Assembly (NCBI GenBank): GCA_965238175.1
Contig: CBDEGZ010000003.1
Coordinates: forward strand, 2,112,001-2,176,000
Length of the DNA: 64,000 bases
Direction: 5' to 3'
Origin: Gammaproteobacteria bacterium
Lineage (GTDB): Bacteria; Pseudomonadota; Gammaproteobacteria; CAJXQU01
Shown here: positions 18,109 to 29,744 of the stretch, piece after piece
Numbering within the stretch: position 1 is the first letter of the stretch
Layout: each line of letters opens with the position of its first letter
Position numbers and translations under genes: made by a program
The notes under the pieces: model-generated
Seen by the model: only the letters and a program-made list of their open reading frames with translations
Told to the model about the DNA's origin: nothing
Database searches by the model: none

Positions 18109-18250
18109 TGTGGAAATTCCTCCAAATTAACTCTATATCTCCATACAATCCATGATTGCATGGGCCCTCGTATTCTATGTGTTTTACATTAAGTTGCAAG
18201 CGATTATACAACTCATAAACTAATTATCTTTATATCTCAATAAGATAAGT

Positions 18251-18994
18251 TTATGGCATATACATGCCACCATTAACATTTAAAGTTTCCCCTGTTATAA
18301 ATCCTGCTTCTTCTGAAGCTAAAAATACTACAGCGTTAGCAATATCACTAACATCACCCATCCGACCTATAGGGATATTTTTTAACATAGAGTCTCTTTG
18401 ATTAGTGTCAAGCTCTCTAGTCATATCAGTTTCAATAAATCCGGGTGCTACTAAATTAACTGTAATTCCACGAGATGCGATTTCATGTGCCATCGATTTA
18501 GTAAAACCGCTCATGCCAGCTTTTGCTGCACAATAGTTAGCCTGGCCAGGGTTTCCCATTAGACCAACGACAGAACCAATATTAATCACACGACCATAAC
18601 GTGCCTTCATCATTCCTCTTAAGAAAGCCTTACTCATTCTAAATATAGAGGTTAGATTTGTTTCTATTACGGTATCCCATTCTTCATCTTTCATCCGCAT
18701 TAAAAGATTATCTCGCGTAACCCCGGCGTTATTTATAAGAATAGAGGGAGACTTATCATTCTCCTTCAGGTTCTCTACTAACGCAGCTACAGATTCTGGA
18801 TTAGAAACATCCAATAGATGTGCATCTCCTTCAAAGTTATTATCTTTAAGTGTATTACGTATGGTTTCTATTCCATTTTCTGAGGTTGCAGTGCCGATAA
18901 CATAAGCGCCCTGCTTTGCCAGTGCTAACAGAATAGCCTGGCCGATACCGCGGGTCGCTCCCGTAACTAGAGCCGTTTTATCTTTGAGTTTCAT
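18251..18994 (-). CDS. fabG: 3-oxoacyl-ACP reductase
   Basis: TGATRGIG, NNAG, NYCAAK. Confidence 0.97.
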   Translation of the reverse strand: MKLKDKTALVTGATRGIGQAILLALAKQGAYVIGTATSENGIETIRNTLKDNNFEGDAHLLDVSNPESVAALVENLKENDKSPSILINNAGVTRDNLLMRMKDEEWDTVIETNLTSIFRMSKAFLRGMMKARYGRVINIGSVVGLMGNPGQANYCAAKAGMSGFTKSMAHEIASRGITVNLVAPGFIETDMTRELDTNQRDSMLKNIPIGRMGDVSDIANAVVFLASEEAGFITGETLNVNGGMYMP

Positions 18995-19917
18995 GAAGTT
19001 GCTTTCTCCAAAGAAGCTGAGTCAAAAACAGGATGACAGATTAGCTGCCGATCAATTCTTTTACTCAAGCCTGAGAGTACTTTACCTGGGCCACATTCAA
19101 TAATTTGTTCAGAATCTTGTGACACAACTTGCATAACATCAACCCATCGAACCGGTTGATGGAGTTGATCAATTAATGCTTGTTTAATATCTCCAGACTC
19201 TGATCGCGTTTTAGCATCAACATTATGTACAACAGGAATTTTCGGAGATTTAATCGTGACTGAGTCTAACCGTTCTTTTAAAGCATCTGCTGCTGGGAGC
19301 ATAAGTGGACTATGTGATGGAACACTTACTGGAAGTAATACCGCACGCTTTGCACCCGCCTCTTTTAATATTTCAATAGCTTTATCAACCGTTGAGGCTG
19401 TTCCAGCAATAACAATTTGACCTGGTGAATTAAAGTTCGCACAGGAAACCAGGCCATCATCTTGAGTACTCGTTAATGTACAAATATCTGCCACCACATC
19501 ATCTTCCATGCCAAGGATAGCTGCCATAGCCCCTTCTCCTGCAGGCACCGCTTCTTGCATAAAACGGCCACGATCGGCTACCAAAGCAACTCCATCTTGA
19601 AAATCGAGTGCGCCAGCGCAAACGAGAGCTGTATATTCGCCCAAACTATGACCAGCTAACACAGAAGATTTTTGAGTTAATTTTGTATCGAGAACACGCC
19701 ATACTGAAACACCCGCTGCTAATAGTGCAGGTTGGGTACGATCAGTTCGGTTGAGATCAGTATCTGGCCCATTTTTGACAAGATCCCAAAGATCATAACC
19801 AAGAACTTCAGATGCTTCCGCGTAGGTTTTCTCAACAACGGAATTCGATTCTGCGAGTTCGGAAAGCATTCCGACTGCTTGAGAACCCTGACCGGGGAAA
19901 ATAAATCCTGTTTTCAT
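18991..19917 (-). CDS. fabD: Malonyl-CoA-ACP transacylase
   Basis: FPGQGSQ, GHSLGE, SVPSH. Confidence 0.97.
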   Translation of the reverse strand: MKTGFIFPGQGSQAVGMLSELAESNSVVEKTYAEASEVLGYDLWDLVKNGPDTDLNRTDRTQPALLAAGVSVWRVLDTKLTQKSSVLAGHSLGEYTALVCAGALDFQDGVALVADRGRFMQEAVPAGEGAMAAILGMEDDVVADICTLTSTQDDGLVSCANFNSPGQIVIAGTASTVDKAIEILKEAGAKRAVLLPVSVPSHSPLMLPAADALKERLDSVTIKSPKIPVVHNVDAKTRSESGDIKQALIDQLHQPVRWVDVMQVVSQDSEQIIECGPGKVLSGLSKRIDRQLICHPVFDSASLEKATS

Positions 19918-19936
19918 ATGTAATATCTCACCAACA

Positions 19937-20878
19937 CTAATATCTAACTAAGGCTGAACCCCAGGTGAAGCCTCCCCCAAAGGCTTCTAACAATAACAAT
20001 TCACCCCTTTTAATTTTTCCATTTCTTACTGCATGATCTAAAGCCAGGGGAACAGAGGCAGCAGAGGTATTACCATGCTCTCCAACAGTAACAACGACAT
20101 GATCCATGTTCATTCTAAGCTTTCTTGCTGTTGCTTGGATAATACGGATATTGGCTTGATGAGGAATAAGCCAATCTATGTCACTTTTTTGGAGGTTATT
20201 TGCCTCTAATGTTTCGTCTACGATTCGACCTAAAGTATTAACTGCAGTTTTAAATACTTCATTACCCTGCATAGTAATAAACGACTCTCCTGCAGGAACT
20301 TGGAGTAGTGCATCATAATCACCATCTGCATGTATGTGCGAACTAAGTATGCCAGGCTTATCGCTAGCTTCGATAATGACTGCACCAGCACCATCCCCAA
20401 AAAGAATACAAGTACCCCTATCAGTCCAATCCAAAATTCTCGACATGCTTTCCGCACCAATCACGAGTGCACGTTTTGCACCATTTGTTTTAATAAAACG
20501 ATTGGCCACATCTAAAGCGTAAATAAAACCTGTGCACACGGCTTGAATATCAAATGCTGGACATTCATGTATTCCTAGCTTTTTTTGTAGTAAACAAGCC
20601 GTACTTGGGAAAATTCGATCTGGAGTGGTAGTTGCAAAAACAATTAGATCTATATCATTCGCTTGAAGACCTGCAGCTTCTATAGCACGCAAGGAGGCTT
20701 GTTCGGCCAGATCACAAGTAGTTTGCCCTTCAGCAACAATATGTCGTTGTTTAATCCCGGTTCGTTCTTTGATCCATTCATCAGTAGTATCTACCGTTTC
20801 AGCCAATTCCGCATTTGTAAGTACTCGTTCGGGAAGGTAGCTACCGGTGCCGATTATTTTGGAGTAAACCTTGCTCAT
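19937..20878 (-). CDS. fabH: Beta-ketoacyl-ACP synthase III
   Basis: [19 protein letters not shown]. Confidence 0.97.
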   Translation of the reverse strand: MSKVYSKIIGTGSYLPERVLTNAELAETVDTTDEWIKERTGIKQRHIVAEGQTTCDLAEQASLRAIEAAGLQANDIDLIVFATTTPDRIFPSTACLLQKKLGIHECPAFDIQAVCTGFIYALDVANRFIKTNGAKRALVIGAESMSRILDWTDRGTCILFGDGAGAVIIEASDKPGILSSHIHADGDYDALLQVPAGESFITMQGNEVFKTAVNTLGRIVDETLEANNLQKSDIDWLIPHQANIRIIQATARKLRMNMDHVVVTVGEHGNTSAASVPLALDHAVRNGKIKRGELLLLEAFGGGFTWGSALVRY

Positions 20879-20882
20879 ATAC

Positions 20883-21884
20883 TTAAACTAAGTGGGTTCC
20901 AAGTTGAGTTTTGATTTGTTCGGGAACATTCTTTTCAATTTCTGTAATTGCTTCTTCAATCGCATGTGCAAACGAAAGCATGTCTGCACTGCCATGACTT
21001 TTAATAACGATTCCTTTTAATCCTAATAAGCTTGCGCCATTATAACGACGGGGGTCAATACGTTTTTTTATCGCATTAAGAACAGGACGACTCATCAGTG
21101 CTCCGATCTTAGTAAAAACAGAACGCGAAAACTCTTCCTTTGCAAATGAGGTTAACATATGAGCAACACCTTCGCTGGCCTTTAATGCAACATTCCCCAT
21201 AAAACCATCGCAGACTATTACATCTGTTTTGCCAGTATATATATCATTTCCTTCAACAAATCCGACATAATTCAATTTACTATCAGATAGCAATTTTGCT
21301 GCACTTTTTACACGTTCATTGCCTTTTACCTCTTCTTCACCAACATTAAGTAATCCAACGGTTGGCTTTTCTAAATTCTTAACCGCACTGACTAAAACAG
21401 AGCCCATCACCGCAAATTGGAACAGCTGCTCTGCGCTAGAATCAACATTTGCCCCTAAATCTAATACGTGCGAGCTACCATCGATCCCAGGCATACCACT
21501 ACAAATTGCAGGTCTATCAATTCCAGGTAACATCCGTAAGACGAAACGTGCGGTTGCCATCAAGGCCCCCGTATTTCCAGCACTTACACAGGCGTCAGTT
21601 GTACCCTCTTTAACAAGGTTAATCGCCACACGCATTGAGGAATCTTTCTTTCTTTTTAGTGCAAGTGAAGGAGACTCATCCATTTCGACAATCTCAGTTG
21701 CGTTGTGGACGGTTATTTGAGGGTTTTCAGACTCACCCTCTGTTTTGAGAATATCTATCAACACACCTTCTTTCCCGCTCAGGATTAGATGTAAAGTTGG
21801 GTGTTTTTTGAGAATATGGAGACACGCTGGAACAGTAACAGAAGGACCAAAGTCACCACCCATAGCATCTATAGAAATTTTCAT
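20883..21884 (-). CDS. plsX: Phosphate acyltransferase PlsX
   Basis: [20 protein letters not shown]. Confidence 0.97.
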   Translation of the reverse strand: MKISIDAMGGDFGPSVTVPACLHILKKHPTLHLILSGKEGVLIDILKTEGESENPQITVHNATEIVEMDESPSLALKRKKDSSMRVAINLVKEGTTDACVSAGNTGALMATARFVLRMLPGIDRPAICSGMPGIDGSSHVLDLGANVDSSAEQLFQFAVMGSVLVSAVKNLEKPTVGLLNVGEEEVKGNERVKSAAKLLSDSKLNYVGFVEGNDIYTGKTDVIVCDGFMGNVALKASEGVAHMLTSFAKEEFSRSVFTKIGALMSRPVLNAIKKRIDPRRYNGASLLGLKGIVIKSHGSADMLSFAHAIEEAITEIEKNVPEQIKTQLGTHLV

Positions 21885-21954
21885 TAGAAAATTATCTGAT
21901 CAATGAAGAATTAAGAGACCTCCTCGATCAGATTTTGAAGTCAACTGAAAGAAA

Positions 21955-22131
21955 TTAATCTTCAGTATTAATGACTTTTCGACCTTTGTAGTATCCATCA
22001 GGACTTACATGGTGTCGTAGATGTACTTCACCTGTTGTTGGGTCAGTTGATAAAGTCTTCGTTGTTAACGCATCGTGTGAACGACGCATTCCTCTTCTCG
22101 AAGTACTTTTCTTGCTCTTTTGTACAGCCAT
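21955..22131 (-). CDS. rpmF: 50S ribosomal protein L32 (58 aa, not in track)
   Basis: Manual translation [47 protein letters not shown]. Confidence 0.96.
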   Translation of the reverse strand: MAVQKSKKSTSRRGMRRSHDALTTKTLSTDPTTGEVHLRHHVSPDGYYKGRKVINTED

Positions 22132-22644
22132 TTATAACTCCTGATCGTTTTTCAATTTAGCCAAAATCGCAAATGGATTTGGTTTCTCTGTTTCCTGTAA
22201 TTTCTCAATTATAGCATTATTCGGACATTTTCCTTCATCGTGTAAAGGCGAAAATGGCAGAGCCAATATCACCTCGTCTTCGATTAATTCTGCGAGTGGC
22301 AGCGATTCTTCCACTACCGTCACAATTTCATATCCCTGATCTTCCAGATGACCTTCCGCAGACTCTCCAATGACAAACTCTAATTGGATATTATCCCGAA
22401 CCGGTACTTTAACCGGATTCAAACAACGCTGACAGATCATGCTAACTTCTGTTGCAAACTTACCGATGGCGACATTAGATCGATTATTTCGATCAAATTT
22501 GAGATCAAACTTCACAATACCGCTACCATCGTCCAAACTTAAGGTCAGACGTTGCAATTGATCCACATTAATTTGGCCTTCCAGGTTCTCACCTGTTTTG
22601 GCAAATTTTATTGGATCAATGTGCTCTGGGAATTGGTTTACCAT
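22132..22644 (-). CDS. yceD: YceD / DUF177 family protein
   Basis: CQRCL, LIEDEVILALP, NPFAILAKLK. Confidence 0.93.
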   Translation of the reverse strand: MVNQFPEHIDPIKFAKTGENLEGQINVDQLQRLTLSLDDGSGIVKFDLKFDRNNRSNVAIGKFATEVSMICQRCLNPVKVPVRDNIQLEFVIGESAEGHLEDQGYEIVTVVEESLPLAELIEDEVILALPFSPLHDEGKCPNNAIIEKLQETEKPNPFAILAKLKNDQEL

Positions 22645-22697
22645 AAGCGGCGCACATTATAGGGGATCATTTAACTAAATGGTAATAAAATAATGCG

Positions 22698-23321
22698 ATG
22701 AATAAAAACAACCTTCAAACCCTAGAAACACGACAAATGGATCAAACTTTGATACTCGGATCTTCATCCATTTATAGAAAAGAATTACTACAACGTATAG
22801 GCCTTGATTTTGCGATTGATTCACCTGACATTGATGAAACAAGAAGAACCGGTGAAAGACCTGATGAATTAGTTAAACGACTTTCCTATGAAAAAGCAAA
22901 AGTCATTGCTGAAAGACATCCACAATCATTAATTATTGGTTCGGATCAAGTTGCCGTAAATGGCGATCAGATCTTAGGTAAACCCGGCAATAAACATATC
23001 GCCACGGAACAGCTAGAACAGGCGAGTGGCCGGTGCGTAACGTTTTTGACAGGCTTATGTCTCTTAAACGCGGACACCACCCAATTTCAGATCGATGTTG
23101 TCCAGTATAATGTTCATTTTCGACAACTAACTACTGATCAAATTTGCGCCTATTTGGAGAAGGAGCAACCTTTCAACTGCGCCGGCAGTTTTAAATCCGA
23201 AGGTTTGGGTGTTGCGTTATTTGAGAAAATGGAAGGCGGAGATCCAACCGCTTTAATTGGTCTCCCCCTTATTAGGCTTATTAGTATGCTGCGAAAAGAA
23301 GGGATCGAGGTTTTATCTTAA
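22698..23321 (+). CDS. maf: Maf family nucleotide pyrophosphatase (YceF)
   Basis: LILGSSSIYR, IIGSDQV, CAGSFKSEGLG. Confidence 0.93.
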   Translation: MNKNNLQTLETRQMDQTLILGSSSIYRKELLQRIGLDFAIDSPDIDETRRTGERPDELVKRLSYEKAKVIAERHPQSLIIGSDQVAVNGDQILGKPGNKHIATEQLEQASGRCVTFLTGLCLLNADTTQFQIDVVQYNVHFRQLTTDQICAYLEKEQPFNCAGSFKSEGLGVALFEKMEGGDPTALIGLPLIRLISMLRKEGIEVLS

Positions 23322-24278
23322 CCAGAACGAACCCTGCTGACTAAAAATTTGAGCGCTAGCTGAAGCACCCATCTGCTTCGCTAATTTCTCAAAGTATGGC
23401 TCATGTGTAGTGAAATCGACAATTTCTTCGGCACCAATAACCTCTCGCGCTACGTAGCTGCTACTTCCCAATGCGTCAACAAGACCAAGTTCGACACTTC
23501 TTTCACCTGTCCAGATTAAACCACTAAACGTATCTCTATCAGATTTTAGACGATTACCACGACCTTCTTTGACCGTTGTAATAAATTGATTATGTATATC
23601 GCCAAGCATATTTTTAACATGTTTCATTTCATCATCATTAACAGGTGTGAATGGATCCAAGAATCCTTTATGTTCACCAGCAGTAATTAAACGGCGTTCC
23701 ACACCCAGTTTTTCCATTGTGTCTACAAATCCAAAACCGTTCATAATGACGCCGATAGAGCCAACCAGGCTCGCTTTATCTGCATATATTTTGTCTGCAG
23801 CAGCAGCAATATAATATCCACCAGAGGCGCAAATATCGGTGATCACAGCATAGAGTGGAATGTCGGGATGTGCTTTTCGTAGTCGTTTTATCTCATCGTT
23901 TATATAGCCCGATTGCACAGGACTACCGCCGGGACTATTGATACGAAGAATAATGCCTTTAGTACCTTTATCTTCAAACGCACTTCGTAAGGCCGGGATG
24001 ATACGATCTGCACTTGCTTCCGCTTCTGGTGCAATAACACCTGTTAATTCAACTAAAGCTGTGTGAGATCCTCCTCCCTGATTACCTGATTTCCAATCTT
24101 TAGGGGCATAAAGCCAAATTATAGCAAATAGGTAAGCGAACATTAGAAACTTAAAGAAAAGCCCCCAACGTCGTGTTTTTTTCTGTTCTTCCAATGCGGA
24201 ATTGGCGAGTTTGACAATTACTTCTCTTTCCCAATTGTTATTAGATACGGGGCTAGATGAATTTGGTTTCTCTGACAT
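23313..24278 (-). CDS. sppA: S49 family peptidase (SppA-like)
   Basis: RINSPGGSPVQS, CASGGYY, VGSIGV. Confidence 0.9.
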   Translation of the reverse strand: MSEKPNSSSPVSNNNWEREVIVKLANSALEEQKKTRRWGLFFKFLMFAYLFAIIWLYAPKDWKSGNQGGGSHTALVELTGVIAPEAEASADRIIPALRSAFEDKGTKGIILRINSPGGSPVQSGYINDEIKRLRKAHPDIPLYAVITDICASGGYYIAAAADKIYADKASLVGSIGVIMNGFGFVDTMEKLGVERRLITAGEHKGFLDPFTPVNDDEMKHVKNMLGDIHNQFITTVKEGRGNRLKSDRDTFSGLIWTGERSVELGLVDALGSSSYVAREVIGAEEIVDFTTHEPYFEKLAKQMGASASAQIFSQQGSFWLR

Positions 24279-24287
24279 ATTTTTTCT

Positions 24288-25325
24288 CTAAAAAGTGATT
24301 GGAATATTATACAGTTCTGACAAGCCATTTAATGCTTTTACAGTCGCTGGATCAAGCGGCACTCCGTTCTTCTGATTGTATTCATATTGTTCCCAACGTG
24401 TTTCTCCAGGGATCATCACATTCCCTTCAACAGTACTAGAATCCTTAACCAATTCAACCAGTTGTTCCATACGCTCATAGTATGTATCTATATCTAAAAA
24501 ACGGCTGATATCTATGGCCATGAAAAAATGACCGTTTTTACCAGGTTCCTTATAATTGGTGAACATTGAATTCACTTCAGATGAGAACATTGCTCCGGTT
24601 AAGACGCTGCTCAGGATCTCAATCATTAAAGAAAGACCATAACCCTTTGCCCCACCAAAAGGCAGCAAAGCACCTTCATCAACCTTGTTTGGATCGGAAA
24701 TAGAATTTCCTTGTCTGTCAATCGCAATTCCTTCGGGGAGTTCTTTCCCCTGTTCAGCATATTTCATAACTTGAGCACCCGCTATCGCGGTCGTTGCCAT
24801 ATCCAACATCATACTTTTACCATTACGTCGCGGGGCACCAAAGGCAAAAGGATTTGTTCCAAAAACTGCTTTTATTCCCCCGTATGGTGCAACTTTTGAA
24901 ATTGAGTTACTGAGTGCGATACCAATCATTCCTTGCTCTGCTGCAAGTTGAACATAATATGCGCTCGTACCAAAATGATTACTATTTTTTACACCAACAA
25001 CACCAACCCCAAATTCTTTGGCCATATCAATTGATCTCATCATAGCTTTATGACCAACATAATGACCAATTCCCTGATCACCATTCATAACGGTAACAGC
25101 ACTGTTTTCATTACTGTATTCCGGCTCACAAGGACATTTGATCAAACCAAGTCCAATTCTTTTAGTATAGGCAGGTAATCGCCAGACACCATGTGTCGGT
25201 CGACCAATCTGATCACTCCAAATCAGCGCTTTAGCAAAAATTCGAGATTGTTCATCAGAAGCATTTACTGATCGTAAAACATTGCTGACAAATTCTTGAA
25301 GGGTTTTTAGAGATACTCTTTTCAA
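24288..25325 (-). CDS. Ldh_2 family oxidoreductase (module B)
   Basis: THGVWRLP, SNHFG, GTNPFAFGAP, LDMAT, GGAKGYGL. Confidence 0.9.
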   Translation of the reverse strand: MKRVSLKTLQEFVSNVLRSVNASDEQSRIFAKALIWSDQIGRPTHGVWRLPAYTKRIGLGLIKCPCEPEYSNENSAVTVMNGDQGIGHYVGHKAMMRSIDMAKEFGVGVVGVKNSNHFGTSAYYVQLAAEQGMIGIALSNSISKVAPYGGIKAVFGTNPFAFGAPRRNGKSMMLDMATTAIAGAQVMKYAEQGKELPEGIAIDRQGNSISDPNKVDEGALLPFGGAKGYGLSLMIEILSSVLTGAMFSSEVNSMFTNYKEPGKNGHFFMAIDISRFLDIDTYYERMEQLVELVKDSSTVEGNVMIPGETRWEQYEYNQKNGVPLDPATVKALNGLSELYNIPITF

Positions 25326-26542
25326 GATAAGAACTTTAATCTTTTAGAGACAGCACTTGAGAAATCAGCCCATATTTTTGCTAAAAAAGGTCCAGGATCA
25401 TCCAAACTAAAATAGGGAAAAACCAGAGCAGGACCTTTGATGCTTTTCAGCCATTCTATTGTTGTGATCTCACCTAAACGACGCAGTTCTATAAGTGATA
25501 AACAATCCAATAAGACCATCCAACGTCGAACACCAATTTTATAGCTAGTCTTTTCTGGCAAAGGTTTGCCTGTGAGATGACAATAAATAATATAAGCCAT
25601 ATCCAACCCACTTTTCGCAACAATGGCCTGAGCAGCAGAGAAACGTGGATTACATTCTATTATCTTCAGTTGACCATCGCGTACATCATGTTTGAATTCG
25701 ATATGCCCCATTCCGCGGAAACCAATACCTTTAAAAAAGCGTTGTCCCATTTCTGCTGTTTCCGGCAACCATTCCGTAACATGTAGGCAGCCATTACCAG
25801 AATTTTTCGGGTAGCGTCTTATTATCTTATGTGTATATTGAAAAAGCTCGTTACCCTCTTCGTCCATATAAGTGTAGTAGGCGCTCTGCAAATCATCAGC
25901 CCCAGGAATCATTTCCGTCACCATCAATTCAAGATCTTTATCTAAAAGACTTTTCACATTATTTCTAAGCTCTTCTTTATCATTTGCGGTGAGGTATTTT
26001 TTATTTTTGAAATGTTGCTGAAACAAATGTGAATGAAGTGGTTTGATCATTACAGGGAATAATATTGTGTTCTTGACTGTATCGACATCTTCAAGAACAT
26101 CTATATTGTAAAATGCCGGTGCCGGGCACCCAGCAGATTTGCCTAAGATTAATGTTTTCTGTTTGTTCAGCATTGCAAGATCAATTTCTGGAATATTATT
26201 ATCCATAATGAAATATTCTGTAAGTGCCTTTTTGTTGTGGGCAATATATTCGACAGCATGATCACTACATACCATAATCACACAACCTTTTAATTCAGGA
26301 TGTTTGTTTGATAATAATAACTCTTCCCAAAAGACATCAGGTTTGGTCTTTGCCGGGTATGGATAACTTTTTAGACAATAACGTGATTTGAAGGTGGGAG
26401 AATCAAACTGCGCTGAGATATAAACAGGGATTCCTCTACGGCCAAAGCTGCGCGCCAGAGAAATCGTATTTTCTTGTCCTCCAAGAATTAAGACGGGGAT
26501 GTTTTTATTTGTGTTCATAAAGTTAAGTTTTCTTACTTTCAC
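25322..26542 (-). CDS. ATP-grasp carboxylate-amine ligase, D-aspartate-ligase-like (module B)
   Basis: ARSFGRRGI, FPVMIKP, EMIPG, IEFKHDVRDG..IECNPR. Confidence 0.85.
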   Translation of the reverse strand: MKVRKLNFMNTNKNIPVLILGGQENTISLARSFGRRGIPVYISAQFDSPTFKSRYCLKSYPYPAKTKPDVFWEELLLSNKHPELKGCVIMVCSDHAVEYIAHNKKALTEYFIMDNNIPEIDLAMLNKQKTLILGKSAGCPAPAFYNIDVLEDVDTVKNTILFPVMIKPLHSHLFQQHFKNKKYLTANDKEELRNNVKSLLDKDLELMVTEMIPGADDLQSAYYTYMDEEGNELFQYTHKIIRRYPKNSGNGCLHVTEWLPETAEMGQRFFKGIGFRGMGHIEFKHDVRDGQLKIIECNPRFSAAQAIVAKSGLDMAYIIYCHLTGKPLPEKTSYKIGVRRWMVLLDCLSLIELRRLGEITTIEWLKSIKGPALVFPYFSLDDPGPFLAKIWADFSSAVSKRLKFLS

Positions 26543-27654
26543 TTTCTATTTGGACTATGAATTTGAGCTTCCTTATACTTAATTTGCTCGAAAACATATT
26601 CAATAATTATTGGTGCTATAGATATTCCTTGAGTGCTATTTGAGACTAACGCATGGTGATGAAGACCTGGTGTTGTATTAATTTCATTTACAACACAGCC
26701 GCTTTCATTTAGCGGGAGAGTACAATCAGTCATCATCAAATCTACACCAGAGAGCGTCACGTTTATTACTTTACTTATCTCTCTCCCGTAATCCACAATC
26801 GATGAGTGAATTTCATTCATAACGGAATGGTTTTCAAACCGAGAGCACTGATTCGTTGCTGTTTTAACTTCAACGCGCTCACCTTCGGCAGGTATATCAT
26901 TTAAACTAGATCCTCGATCTGATAACGTATATTTGCAATCAAGATCGACTGTCAGAGGTGATAATGCATATGGTACCGTACTATCCAACCTTGTACGATT
27001 TTCTTTATCAATTAAGCTTTCTATGGTGCTTGTGCCATCACCTGTTACACCAGGAGAATCCCTCTTTATCGCATCAATGAGCTCACCATTCAGATAAAGC
27101 AAACGATAATTTTCACCAGGCAATTCCTTTTCAATAATCAGCTTATTTGAAAAGGCAGATGCTTTATTAGAAGATTTATTTAACCTTGAAAAAGTATTCA
27201 CCTTTGTTGTGATCCCCCAACCTCCAGCACCTTCATTAGCTGGTTTTACAACGAAGTTTCCAGAATGCTTTGACATAAAACTTTTTGCTAATGATGTTGT
27301 TGACAAATCATACTCAAGATAATCAGAAACAAGGTGCCCTTGTTCGTTCAAAAGTTTATTAACCAAAGGCTTGTTACCTGCAATTCCTAAAGTGATATGA
27401 TCATCAAGCATTACCTCACCACGTCGCACAAAGGTCGTTTTACCATCACGATTAAGTCGGTAATAGCCATATCCTATAGAATCAATTTCAGCACCAATCT
27501 GATCTGCTAACGTCACCCAATAATTATCGAAGAATTTTTCTCTAGTTACTTCGAATTGATTTCTTAATTTCCATTCCTTGCTAAAAAGAACTGCATGCCC
27601 TCTTTCTAGACCTCTTCGACCGAGAAAGAATCCTTTCTTTATTTTTTCGATCAT
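26539..27654 (-). CDS. Single-domain ATP-grasp, CphA/GshAB-like (module B)
   Basis: VVKPA..GWGITT, GENYRLL, VTGDG, GVDLM, NEINTTPGL; no Mur-ligase domain. Confidence 0.8.
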   Translation of the reverse strand: MIEKIKKGFFLGRRGLERGHAVLFSKEWKLRNQFEVTREKFFDNYWVTLADQIGAEIDSIGYGYYRLNRDGKTTFVRRGEVMLDDHITLGIAGNKPLVNKLLNEQGHLVSDYLEYDLSTTSLAKSFMSKHSGNFVVKPANEGAGGWGITTKVNTFSRLNKSSNKASAFSNKLIIEKELPGENYRLLYLNGELIDAIKRDSPGVTGDGTSTIESLIDKENRTRLDSTVPYALSPLTVDLDCKYTLSDRGSSLNDIPAEGERVEVKTATNQCSRFENHSVMNEIHSSIVDYGREISKVINVTLSGVDLMMTDCTLPLNESGCVVNEINTTPGLHHHALVSNSTQGISIAPIIIEYVFEQIKYKEAQIHSPNRK

Positions 27655-27686
27655 TTATTAACTCCAAAACCCAACTATTGAATATA

Positions 27687-28406
27687 TTATTTTTTGTTGA
27701 TTACACAGCCCGTAGAATCAAGGTATTTATCCACCCATTGATTTGAAAACTTGCCTTTTTTCACATCAGCAACATAAGACTCAAGTGATTTTTTCTGCAA
27801 GTATAGTTTTGCAAGTGTGTCTTTAGCAAATTCCTGTCGTACAACAACAAGACCACTTTGATCACCAACAATAATATCGCCTGGGTTGACGACTATCCCA
27901 CCACAAGAGATAGGGTAATTAATCTCACCTGGCCCGCGGTGTAATGGGCCTATAGGTGTTTCACCTCGAGCAAAAACTGGCATGCCTACCTCGCGTACAT
28001 CAGGAACATCTCGGATCAAACCATCAATCACGAATCCAGCAATTCCTCGATGTTTTGCTTTACTGGAAATCAGATCACCAAGTACGGCATTGCTTTTTGA
28101 GCCTCCCGCATCTATGACGACGATATCACCAGGTTTAGCAATATCTAGTACCTTATGTACCATCAAGTTATCACCTGGAAACACTTTTACTGTGCAAACA
28201 GGACCACAAATACTTTCAGTATTCACCATATTACGAATGCCCGTATTAATTGCATACATCCGGTTTAATATGTCGGAAATATCGGGCGATTCAAACTGGC
28301 TATACTCTTCAATGATTTTTTTTGAAGGGCGTTTAAAATTCTCTCGAACTCGGAAGCCTGGCCCAGGATTCATTTCTGCGGATTTTGGTGTTGATTTAGC
28401 TGACAT
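27687..28406 (-). CDS. RraA-like / HMG-CHA aldolase family protein (module B)
   Basis: PGDNLMVH, GDLIS, DGLIRD, VNPGDIIVGD. Confidence 0.88.
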   Translation of the reverse strand: MSAKSTPKSAEMNPGPGFRVRENFKRPSKKIIEEYSQFESPDISDILNRMYAINTGIRNMVNTESICGPVCTVKVFPGDNLMVHKVLDIAKPGDIVVIDAGGSKSNAVLGDLISSKAKHRGIAGFVIDGLIRDVPDVREVGMPVFARGETPIGPLHRGPGEINYPISCGGIVVNPGDIIVGDQSGLVVVRQEFAKDTLAKLYLQKKSLESYVADVKKGKFSNQWVDKYLDSTGCVINKK

Positions 28407-28499
28407 AGTTAACCTCTTAATAAATCACTTATTGTTTTTTAGATAAAAGCGAGACCACCTTTTTAAGATAACGCTCGTTTTCCCCACTCATTTTTTGAA

Positions 28500-29561
28500 T
28501 TACTGGTTTCTTTCACCTTCTATTTTAGAATGAATGGCAGGTCCTCTACGTGGGCCAGTGTTGTAATGATCGGCAAATTCTTCAGTGAGCTCACGCGCTC
28601 CATCAAGATTTACCCATTGACGGAGTAACAGCCTTCTTTTCTTGGGATCTTCATGATCGATAAATGAATCACGATTATGAAAAACAGTATTGTTATTTAG
28701 GAAAGCAATATCACCGACCTCTAAATAAACATCAAAACGAATATCATCTCGCATAGCTAATTCAGCTATATAGTTAATGGCTTCTTTCTCAAGTGTAGTA
28801 AGAGGTTCAACTCCAGGTAATTCTTCTGCAGTTAGAATCGCTTTTTGGTTATAGCGGCAACTGAGTTGATCTTTGTAATAGCTAAATACAGGCACTCTGT
28901 GTTGAGTAATATCCTGATATGGACCAATGGGTCCGTTGCCACGGATATTGTAGTGAAAGCCAGTATATAGAGGTTCTAAATATTCTGGGTGTGTCTCGAC
29001 CAGTTCATTATAAATCGCCATCGTGCATGAAATATTATTCACCCCACCTTCTTTGGCCGGACGAACGCAGAGTAATACAACTAAATCTCCAGAGTCGCAA
29101 TGAGGAGTTAACTGTGCATTAGTTGTATAACCGCGCACCGCTATGTTGGTAGCATAATCACCACCACGATCGCATACATGATCGATTAACGTTCCCTTTG
29201 TATCTTGATTAAATTTCTCACCAAAATGTTTTGTAATACCGGCATAAAGTAACTCGATATCGTCAAGATCCAGGCCTTCGATAGGTGCACCACGCAATAC
29301 AGAAAAACCATAACCTTGATCGAGTTCAGTTTGCATTTGTGATAAAAGCAATCCAAATTGTGGAAGGGGGAAGTTTTCTTTTTTGATATTTTCGACGGTA
29401 CATTCATTCGCTTTTGCAATTTGCAGTGCAGCCAGAATTTCTTGTTGTTGAACAGTAGAAATTATATGTAACCATGACGTGCTTTCCTTCATGTCCTCGG
29501 CATACCAGATGGTGCCGCCGGTTACTTTTCCCTTTAATATTTCAGTTGGCATTATTTGCAA
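28500..29561 (-). CDS. TauD/TfdA family Fe(II)/2OG dioxygenase
   Basis: PHCD, LLCVRPAKEGG, NNNTVFHNR, RLLLRQW. Confidence 0.88.
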   Translation of the reverse strand: MQIMPTEILKGKVTGGTIWYAEDMKESTSWLHIISTVQQQEILAALQIAKANECTVENIKKENFPLPQFGLLLSQMQTELDQGYGFSVLRGAPIEGLDLDDIELLYAGITKHFGEKFNQDTKGTLIDHVCDRGGDYATNIAVRGYTTNAQLTPHCDSGDLVVLLCVRPAKEGGVNNISCTMAIYNELVETHPEYLEPLYTGFHYNIRGNGPIGPYQDITQHRVPVFSYYKDQLSCRYNQKAILTAEELPGVEPLTTLEKEAINYIAELAMRDDIRFDVYLEVGDIAFLNNNTVFHNRDSFIDHEDPKKRRLLLRQWVNLDGARELTEEFADHYNTGPRRGPAIHSKIEGERNQ

Positions 29562-29744
29562 TTCTCCTTATAACTAAAGTTTAGAACGATTTCCTCCAGA
29601 TATACTTTTTATAGGGGAAATTTACAGATGATTCAGGGTAAGGTCGAGAACTTAACTGGAGGATCTAGTTAAATATCGTGGCTAACAACATGAAAACTAA
29701 TGAAAACCAATCTCGAGAAAGTCAACATCTACTTAAAACTCACA